Position numbers and translations under genes: made by a program
Notes under the pieces: model-generated
Database searches by the model: none
The model's input: only the letters and a program-made list of their open reading frames with translations
What the model was told of the DNA's origin: nothing
NCBI GenBank assembly: GCA_964199315.1
Contig: OZ116708.1
Coordinates: 20,832,001-20,896,000, forward strand
Reading direction: 5' to 3'
Length of the DNA: 64,000 nt
Source of the DNA: Orbicella franksi
Lineage: Eukaryota
Part shown: piece by piece, positions 11,216 to 20,700 of the stretch
Layout of the letters: each line of letters starts with the position of its first letter
How positions within the stretch are numbered: position 1 is the first letter of the stretch

Positions 11216-11598
11216 AAGTCAAGAATCTGGGTACGAGAGATGACTGAAATATAATAAAACCTCGCCAAGATTTAGGCCTGTGCAGTTTTTCATTCGAGCG
11301 TTATTTGGAGAAGTGTTTCACCCAAATTTGTAGAGCTTTCTTTGGCGGCAAAAAGTCAGAAAAATTTGTCATTGAATTTTGCTTTTGAAACAAAAAGTTA
11401 TTACTCTAGAGCTCCGACAATTAAAATTTATACTTTTTCTCGGGCAAGAACTGTTTAGTTAGCAAAAACTTAAGCGATAACTCATGATGACATCACATGA
11501 AAACGAGCAATTAAAACAGGTAATCACATACGATTTCTAGTGCATTTTGGTAAAATAGGCACGAGTAGATTTTTTTAAAAATATAACTTATCTATTAT

Positions 11599-11686
11599 CA
11601 TTCTCGTCCCCAGTGCTACTCGTCTTGAAATGTCCGTTTCGCCGACCACGGGACCAAAAGAAACGGAGACTTTAGGGACGAGAATG
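11599..11686. mobile_element. Short MITE
   Basis: TIRs CATTCTCGTCCC and GGGACGAGAATG. Confidence 0.7.
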
Positions 11687-13734
11687 CTCTCCCTCATGAT
11701 AATTTTCTAAGCATGAGCAGATATGCCGGCAAAAATTACGCACAAGTTACCGGATGTCCGTGATTTACCGACATCCGGACATCCAAAGAAGTTTCCTGGT
11801 TTTCTGCTGTGTCTTCGCTGGAGTAAAGCAAAGAAACAAGTTCTCTGTGCTTTTGGCATCACGTAACGAGTGTCGGCTGTCAAGCCAGTGGTTCAACCGA
11901 GTTGGTTCCCGTTCTGCAACGTTCCTCAGTGAAGATTGATCACTCTTTGCCGAACCATTTATCCGCTCACCCGTCAAGTGTTTTAGCTGTTAAGATATTT
12001 GCCAAGCTCCCAAGTCCAGGCAAATACGCGACCAGTGAGCCATAAAACTTATCGTTACAATACTGAATAAATTCAAATTGCACACCTTTCCATTTAGTTG
12101 TAAAACGGTATGAGATGAATTTTTGGTGTGAAAAAAAGAAAAGAAAGGCAGTTTCTACTACCATCACTAGACAAGTCGCTGTGGTTTTCTAGCTACCGCG
12201 CAGTGGTGTAGTCACTTATGCTTCGCGAATCCGTCCCTACGCGTGCAGGAAACTTGTAGTCCAATTCAAATCTCCAATAAAATTCTCTTTGACGGAGGAG
12301 ATCCTGATGTGAAACTTTTGATTCTTTGTCAAAATTTGGCTTTCTCATTGACACTTTAAAATTAGCATAACTGAATTTCGCGAAGTGAACAGAAACAAGT
12401 TTGAAAACTTAGGAATTATTCACATCCAGTTTCTTGACATTAGCCAGCCGAATGTACGGCTATTATAACTATTTAGAAGACCTAGTTGTAGGGTTGTAAT
12501 GGTTAGTTCGAAATGTGACTTACTGCACGGGTTAGAAGTTTCGTTTTCAATATTTTCCTTTTTATTCAGCAAAAGCTTCGTTACAGAGTATCGTTCTGTT
12601 GATAACTGGATGTCATGCGTGTCTGTCTGTCTTTCAAAATAAAACACAGGTACGTAACAACTGCTTTAAATTGCAAGCTGTGTTATTTGACTTTTTAAAT
12701 GCCCTCTGTGGTCACAAAATTTGAAAACATTTTCCGGTTCCTATTTAGGCTCTCTAAGTACAACCCAAGATTCTGTAAATAGATTTCTGCAACATTTGCG
12801 AGAGGAAATTTAGCTAAATTTCTTACAGGCAAGGAATTCCAAAGACGTATTGTTCACAGACGAATACGGGAACTACGAGCAAGAAGGTTTCATGGATTTT
12901 CGGATCATGGCGACGTTGATGATTTTCAGCAGAACGTTAAACAGCAGCATACGAATACGAAGGCCTGTAGCGATCATGAGACGCCGAGACTGAGATACAG
13001 TAACTCCTTACATGCATATTGTTTTGCGATAAATAACGATAATTAATAGCACTGAGTGGTGTCAAATTCGGCCTGTAACGGGTGCGAAACTGAAGACATC
13101 TGAATTATTAACGTATTGGAAATAAAGAAAACGAATTAATCAAAACTGTAATATAATCTGATGCTCATTACCGTCGGCTAAAGGTATCAATAACAATTAA
13201 AAGTTTCAGCAATTGAGTGTGTTTTTACCAGAGGCAGAGCACGAGAAATCTGTTTAAGGACATCGGTCCAAGAAAGAGCGTGCACAAAATGACGCGTGCT
13301 CTCCAATTACAATGCGTTACAAGCATACTGGCCAATTACAAACATTAATCAGCCTCTCCCCCTGGACTTTTTAAACCACATCTGCTAGTCATTTACTTTT
13401 TCCAACTTTAAAGGAGACATTTGTTGACTTTTTCCTCACGCTTAAGGAGGTCATTTATATTTCCGCCGGTCGTTGCTTCTCAAGGAAGCGCTTTGCTATC
13501 CTTGCGCGCCGAATTTGTAATTGAAGTTCTGATATGAACCTTTTCTTTTTCCAGCAGGCAGTATATACATTGGATCATCCAAAGGTTTTTTTTCCTACTG
13601 CAAGCTATTAAATAATGTCAAAAATTTATTTTTTCTAGTCTTTTTATGCGCAGTGTCTTAATTAAACGTTGTTTATATGACAGTGAGCTTTTCAAGTTGA
13701 GTGACTCCGTGGTTCCGATTCAATCGGATATACT

Positions 13735-13905
13735 ACCAACGTGAAAGACAGGGACGAACCTAACGACAGACAGGGAGCAGTTTACAAGATCAAATACTCC
13801 GACTGCCAGACTTCCTACATTAGTGAGACTGGCAGAAACCTTAACACGAGACTGACTGAACACAAACAAGCCACGAGAAATGGTGATGCCAGCAATCGCG
13901 TTGCT
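13735..13905 (+). mobile_element. Penelope GIY-YIG endonuclease fragment
   Basis: KDRDEPNDRQGAVYKIKYSDCQTSYISETGRNLNTRLTEH. Confidence 0.85.
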
Positions 13906-14648
13906 GTGTGCACCAAGAAAGGCGGCCAAAAAAGTCACAAAAAAATCTGTGATTGAATTTTGCTATAGTAACGAAAAGTTATTACTCTAGAGCTCCGACA
14001 CTTTGAAAATAATACTTCTTCTAGTACAGTGCAAGAACTGTTCAGTTAGCAAACTCTTAAGCGATAACTCATCCCTTGACCTACGCGAGAGCCTTAATTT
14101 TAATTTCACCCAACGCATAAACTTGGAAATTCAAACGTTTTCTATTACAAAGTGAAGAACCCTGTTGAGCTTAAACACTATTTATTATTCGTTGAGAGAT
14201 AATTGTTAAATATGCATTTTACTTTTTGCTAATTGTTTAATAAATTTTACTTTCTTGTAAGGTATCCAGCTTTCAATATTATCTGTATCTATCACTCGCT
14301 GTCTGGGTGTATTGCCAATCCGTTATTTCAACTTATAATTTTACGTGCTACAAGCTAAATATTCGTTTATGTTCAGCGTCTCTGCTGTTTGAAATTAAAG
14401 ATTGATTCACTGAATAATTACAAGAGACCATGATTCTCTTGATAATTACAATAATAAATACAGATGGCACAACTTTCCACTTAGGTTTAAAACGGTAAGA
14501 GATAAATTTTTGGTGTGAAAAATAGAAAAGAAAGACAGTTTCTGCTACCATCACTAGACAAGTCGCTGTGGTTTTCTAGCTACCGCACAGTGATGTAGTC
14601 ACTTATTATGCTTCGCGAATCCGTCCCTGCGCGCACAGGGAACTCGTA

Positions 14649-14746
14649 CTCCAATTCAAATCTCCAATTCAAATCTCCAATTCAAATCTCCAATTCAAAT
14701 CTCCAATTCAAATCTCCAATTCAAATCTCCAATTCAAATCTCCAAT
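14649..14746. repeat. 13-bp minisatellite CTCCAATTCAAAT, 7 full copies plus a partial
   Basis: Exact units from 14649 to 14739; the paralogous site at about 12260 has one unit. Confidence 0.95.
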
Positions 14747-15729
14747 AAAATTCTCTTTGATGGAGATCAAGATCTTAGTAAAAGAGATCGTACTATGAAA
14801 CGTTTCATTCTTTGTCAACATTTGGCTTTCTAATTGACACTTAAAAATTATAAGACCTAGTTGTTATAATTAGTGTTGTAATGGTTTGTTACAAATTTGA
14901 CTTACTGCATGGGTTAGAAGTTTCTCTTTCAATATTTTCCTTTGAAGTCAGCAAAAGCTTCGTTACAGGGCACAGTTCTGTTGATAACTAGTTGTCATTC
15001 GTGCTTAGGAGAGGCGAACTTTTTATCGGCAAGGAATTCAAAAGATCTCTTGTTCACAGAGGAATAAGTCGAATAGGAATTGCAAATGAAACGGTTTTAT
15101 GGATTTTCGTATCTACGGCGACGGTGACGATTTTCAGAAGAACGTTAAATGGCAGCATACGAATACGAAATTGTGAAGCGAATACAAGACGTGGAGACTG
15201 AGATACATCTTTATATGCACATTGTTTTCGGATAAACAACGGTAACAGGTCTGAGTGATGTCCAATTCGGCCAAATGCGAGAGAGGAACCGAAGACTGTC
15301 GAGTGACTACCTTTTCGTTAATCAGCCTCTCTCCCTGGACGTTTTACACCATGTCTGCTAGTTATTTACTTTTTCAAACTTTATAGGAGCCATTTGTTAT
15401 TTTTTTACTCTTTTTATGTGCAGTATCTAAATTTAGATATTGTTCATGTCCGTGAGCTTTCTGAAGGTGAGTAACCCCGTTGTTCCGGTTCACATGAATA
15501 TACTAAAATTGCGACTTGTTTCCTTTGTCAAATTTTCGTAAAAATTGAACATGTAAATCCATCATTGGTTATATCAGTTATGACTCACAGTTTGTTTGTG
15601 GCACGACAGACATTTAGCTAAGTTTTGATCTATAGAATACAACCTTTTTAACTAGAAGAAACATATGCGAGTACACTTTTGCTCGTGCAGGATAACAGTG
15701 ATTTCACTGATTCACTACTTATGTCATTC

Positions 15730-15781
15730 GTTGGTCATTGACTTTTTCAAATTGGGTGGCTCCTAAAGGAGCCGTTTGTTG
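15730..15781 (-). terminator. Histone-type 3'-end signal of the FLYWCH gene: stem-loop 15758-15773
   Basis: Minus strand reads CAACAAAC GGCTCC TTTA GGAGCC ACCCA ATTTGAAAAAGTCAATGACCAAC, 30 nt after the stop codon. Confidence 0.7.
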
Positions 15782-15803
15782 CTATCGTCTTAACTAAGAG
15801 ATG

Positions 15804-16322
15804 CTAAATCTTGCTGTCGCCTTTGAGATCCGCTAATCGCAACTTCTCTCGGAAGCGTTTTGCGATCTTCTCAAGACATTTAGGCCGTGGCAGACTGGGG
15901 CAAGGTGCATGTGGTAATTCCTCATGAAGTACCTGCTTGACGATCTCCGACGCCGGCTTGGAGATATCGGCAGCAGCCTCGTCCCTGACACGAGACTCGA
16001 TCCGGGCTACTATAAGAGATGCAACAGATTTGCAGTGGTTGTGGGTTCTTCGGCCGAATGTGAAATCACCATTATTCCATTGTGTTACTGCAGCCGGGCA
16101 GCGGAAGCCCTCTGTTGATACCGTACACTGCCAAGCGGTCGAGTTAGCCTCTCGTTTTCTCACGGTATATGTGTACCCCATGCTGTCTAGAAGTTTCGGA
16201 GTCCCAGGGGTTGTGGCTCGCTCGACGATCTGGAAACAACGGTAGTCTTGCCATCCCAACTGAAAAGTCGACTTGATCCGGTTGCAAAACTCTGCCTCGC
16301 AAATTGTACACTCAGTGTCCAT
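15804..16322 (-). CDS. Intronless FLYWCH zinc-finger protein (172 aa), MULE-transposase-like N-terminus without a DDE domain
   Basis: WQC-x8-C-x18-HNH FLYWCH signature; N-terminus MDTECTICEA resembles MADVCIVCEA; following helical region ..PSLPRPKCLEKIAKRFREKLR resembles the pre-catalytic part of MULE transposases; ATG at 16322. Confidence 0.8.
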   Translation of the reverse strand: MDTECTICEAEFCNRIKSTFQLGWQDYRCFQIVERATTPGTPKLLDSMGYTYTVRKREANSTAWQCTVSTEGFRCPAAVTQWNNGDFTFGRRTHNHCKSVASLIVARIESRVRDEAAADISKPASEIVKQVLHEELPHAPCPSLPRPKCLEKIAKRFREKLRLADLKGDSKI

Positions 16323-17708
16323 CACAATAAAATAACACACAAAAAAATCAGAATGAAGCAACGCGAACCTGAATAATCATACAAACAATTACATTAACTG
16401 CAATAGAATAAAAATATAACAGAAGAAAATGTTTCCATTTGATTAGTAAATATTAGGCATTACAACATTAAGCCTGGAAAGAAGTTAAACATTTAGGCCT
16501 CGCACACATAACGCCAAATTTCATCTCGATGGCTGGGCTTAAAAACTTGCTGTCAGAGTAATCAATGTAATCTTGCAGTTACATTTATTTGTCACGGGTC
16601 AGTTCATTTACAGCGTGTCACGTGTTGTGGTGTTTCAATTTGGGCCAATAAAAGGTCAAGAAAAGGCATTTGCATTATTTCTGTCAATCAAGGACTTATT
16701 GATGTTCAATTGCTTTCTATAAGGTGTTGTTGGTGTTTTAGATTAGTCCAACGAGAGATGAAGAAGCAATTTGAATCCCTTATTGACAATACTAATCAAG
16801 GTTTTTCTGATGTTACTATAGCAACCGCGTTTTCAATGGCTTTCTTTTTCACCAAGTCATCTAGGATATTATATTTCAATAGCATTTTTTTTTTTCACTT
16901 TAAAACGTTTCAAAGCTGTTTCTCACATCTTCTTGAGTCTTTATCCCAGTTCTTTCTACGTATACCATTCAAATCTTTTGTTAATGTTAATTTGATGGTG
17001 CGAAAACGCCAAGTAAAGTCCTGTTATTATATTTGATTATTATTAGTTATTCTCTGTGATTTATTTGTCCTTGGAAGGTTTGCCATATTTTCCTTTGTCT
17101 GTATGCTTAACGTCTTGAACTGTTTTATTAAGTCATGAGCCCTCTGTACCATACCATACATACCATACAGCCAGCGTAGCGTTTCACAGAGAGGACGAGA
17201 TTCAGTATTTGTCAGGACATTCAGCTATGTACGTTATGAATCTAAGTGTGACGTTAAGCATCTGTTTAAGTTTTTCCAACGGTCACTGCTTATGGAGTGT
17301 TTACTCTTTCACCCTCATTCTCTCTTGTATAACCAAATACGGAATTGTATGATCAGCGCTCAACCTTGCTTACGGCGGCTCTCTGCTGTACCTACGGCTG
17401 TTAATACCGTACTGTCCTATCGAGACGAGAATTCTGCGATTATTCTGGCTATTTTTTTGTTGGCCCTAGTTAACAGCTTTTCATTTATGAATTCTAAAAT
17501 TAATTTTAATTCAAAATTGGTAGCTATATATTTAGTTAATTACATTTCTAGTTTGTTTGTTTTAATATTTAAATTCATATTGTATATATTTTTTAATTTG
17601 TAGTTTTCATCCCGCACTCCTCATTTTTCGGAACAGCCATTGTTTTCTTGCCTATAATTTCGCTTTTATAAGGTCTGGGATTGTCTCTGGGTTTGAGAAG
17701 TAGAACGA

Positions 17709-20700
17709 CTAGTCTTTCGAGGATTGTTTCAAATGCTTTTTCACAGGACCAAGATATTCGTAGCCGAACATTTCAAAGTCATTGCGATACTGCTCTCCTA
17801 AGCGATTTATAGACTCAACGGGAACTTTTGAATAATACTTCAACACTTCAGATGGACCGGTTGATTTGTGGATTGGCGGGAAAGTTACGCGGTCGTCGAT
17901 TCCCGCCATTTGCAGCAACAAAGCCGCGTCCTCCTTTAAGGTCTCTAAGTGACCAATAAAATCGTAGTCGATAACACATGGGTGACAGAGTTTTTCATAT
18001 TGTCGCCAGTGCTGATTGCGTGACATATTGTTGGAAAAATACTGAATGAATTCTTTGAATTTAACGAAATTTTTTCCTTCTGGCTTAAAATCTTGAGGTC
18101 GAAGAGTTTGTACTATTCCTTTACGGAGGTCTTTGGTGTAGCTGGGAATTTGTAGAAACTTGTTCTTGTAGGCTGAAAGTAAGCGTTGTAGTGGTTCACG
18201 AACGAAGACAAATTTAAAATAAGTTTTAAGTCGCTCGTTCCTTTCTTCCTCAGTGTAATTGCTTAAACGTTTCCACATAATCCAGCGGTTGATTCCTGGC
18301 TTAATTTCGTGAGATTTTGCAATCACTCTTTTCCATGTCGAAGTTCCTACCTTGGGCACTACGCAGTAGATGAATTTTAAGTCATCGTCGACTGCAAGCA
18401 TGTGCACATCTTCTGTTCCAAGACTCTTGTTGCAGGTGTGTTTACGACAGTATTCTTGAAGGTGTTGCTTTCTGGCTGTTTGCCTTTCTTCGGCAGCCTT
18501 GTGCGGGTTATTGAGTTCTTCCTCAACTTGTCGCTCGCTGGGTGTTTGTCTTTCTCTGCGACTTACGTCCGAAAGATTGAGATTTCCCTTAACTTGTTCA
18601 TCTCTGGCTCTTTGTCTTTCTCCGGGACTTATGTCTGGAGCATTGGGGTTCTCCTTAACTTGTTGATCTCTTGCTGTTTGCCCTTTTTTGACTGTTATGT
18701 CCGGGGCATTGGTGTTTTTCTGCGTTAGGAAAAAATGTAGTTATGGGTCATTAACTTGAACAAGTGTTGGTGTGTTTAGTTTGCACTAAGTTAACCTCTT
18801 TTTTGGTTGTTCAAGGGATTAAATGTTCGTCCCAAGACAATACCCATGGGGAATTTTAAAAGAGCAACTTCGTAGATGCTGCATGTTGGCAAACTTTTAG
18901 TTTTGTCTTTCACTATCGGAAATTTAAACCAACCTTGTTGCTATTTAGTTTATTTCTTGAGATCTGTTTTCGTTTTTCTTTTTTATGGCCTTGTTTTGTT
19001 TGCTTGTTTGTTTTCCTATCTTACTAAGCGATTGTTTTAAGCTTTTCTTGTCATATGTTTGCCGTTTCAATATTTGGTCTGATAATTTGAATAAAACAGA
19101 TTCTTTACAGTTAATGATCTTCTTTAATCTCATCTGTCCGTTGACTAAGGTTTTCTTATTTCTTTATTTCTTTCTTTCTTTCTTTCTTTCTTTCTTTATT
19201 TATTCATTTATTTTATTTTTTTTTTTTTTTATGTGACAATGGTAAATAAGGTTTTGATCAATTCATTTTCTTGTTGTTTAACTTATGGCGAAGCAAAGGA
19301 GGCTGTAGTTACTTTCAGTCCTCGGAACCCTGTCTTTTCCTGTGGAAAAGTAGCTGAAAATGACAAAAAAGAAACATCTATTAAAAATAGTGCATATTGA
19401 AAGATGTAGATGAGTTTTTCAAGCTCGCCGTTCCTAATCTGTCTTAATCTTTCCAAACGTAAACAGCTATGCTCCAGCCAACTGGCTTTTTTGTACTCTG
19501 CTAAACTGTTATTTTTATGCTTTCTTTGATGTGACGTGATGTTATTTTCTGTGTCGACTTGGCAAAAAGGCGTGAGGTCAGGATGGCTGGATGTTGGCCG
19601 AGTTCTATTTTTTTCCGTTCATTTGGAAAAAAAAGAAAAGAAACGACAACGTCGTAAATATGTTCAGCCATCTTGACCGAACAAGCTTAGTCAATAAAGG
19701 ATTTATTATATGGAAAAAGAATACTGTTTTCTTCCGGGACACAGCGGTTAGTTCTGAGCGGGCAATATGGCGCTATCTTGCGCTAGATTAGCATATATGT
19801 TACACATCTAAAACCAACAGCCAGTTGTTTGAGTGGCAGAACTTAGTTAATTCATCCATGCAAACAATGTTGCAAGGTCAGCTGTAAAATTACCGTCGAC
19901 TAAACGCTACCGAGGAAACTCGATTCGATATTCAGATTGTAAGCTTTGACAAGTATTTATTTGTACTCCCCTTTTTTACTGTTTCGAAGGGTAAATATAT
20001 TGTGATGTCAGACATCGTTACAGTATTTATAGCGAACAATATGCTGTATTATCGAGTAATAGAATTCCCATTGTATGCAGTACTTGGATGTTGTTTAGCA
20101 AGTCATGGTTGCCATAGGAAATTGTTCAATACTTGAGTTTTCATTAGCTATGGGTGTTAAGATAAGTGGCTTTGAATTATTTTTTTAATTTAGTTGCTTT
20201 TAACGAACAGAATTGTCATGTGCTGCCCGTAATGTTACCATTTTAAACTGATAAAAAGCACAGTTTAGGGCGCAAGTTTTTTTTTTTTTTTTTTCTTTTG
20301 ACGCTATGTTATTTGATTTTCAAAGTCCTTAACATTCGATTCACATTCATGTACAGTCAATCTCTTGGCAGCAGTTCCGTTGATTACGGTTGAAACTTCA
20401 GCTATCGGTAATTAAAAATGCAGAGAAAAAGGCTTAAGTTTGCTTTGGTTATCATTTTATTGTTAGTCAGAGAATATTCGACCCAACAAATTTACTTGCA
20501 GAGACTTTTATGACTAAGTCCAGCTGTGAACTTTGTATTACCGCGCAACCAACCACAGTAAGTGACATTCGTTAATGCGTCTGACACTTTCTGACTCATT
20601 TCCAAGCGATCTAAAAACAAGAAGGCTACTATAGTAAAATGGAAAGGAAAGAAAGAAAAACGAAATCAAATGAACAGACAACAAAACGAGCGGCTACTGA

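Larger units (their letters stand above)
11340..15492 (+). repeat. Tandem segmental duplication: about 11340-13732 vs 13920-15492
   Basis: Collinear blocks, e.g. CACTAGACAAGTCGCTGTGGTTTTCTAGCTACCGC at about 12165 and 14551, and GGCAAGGAATTC at about 12828 and 15028. Confidence 0.85.
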
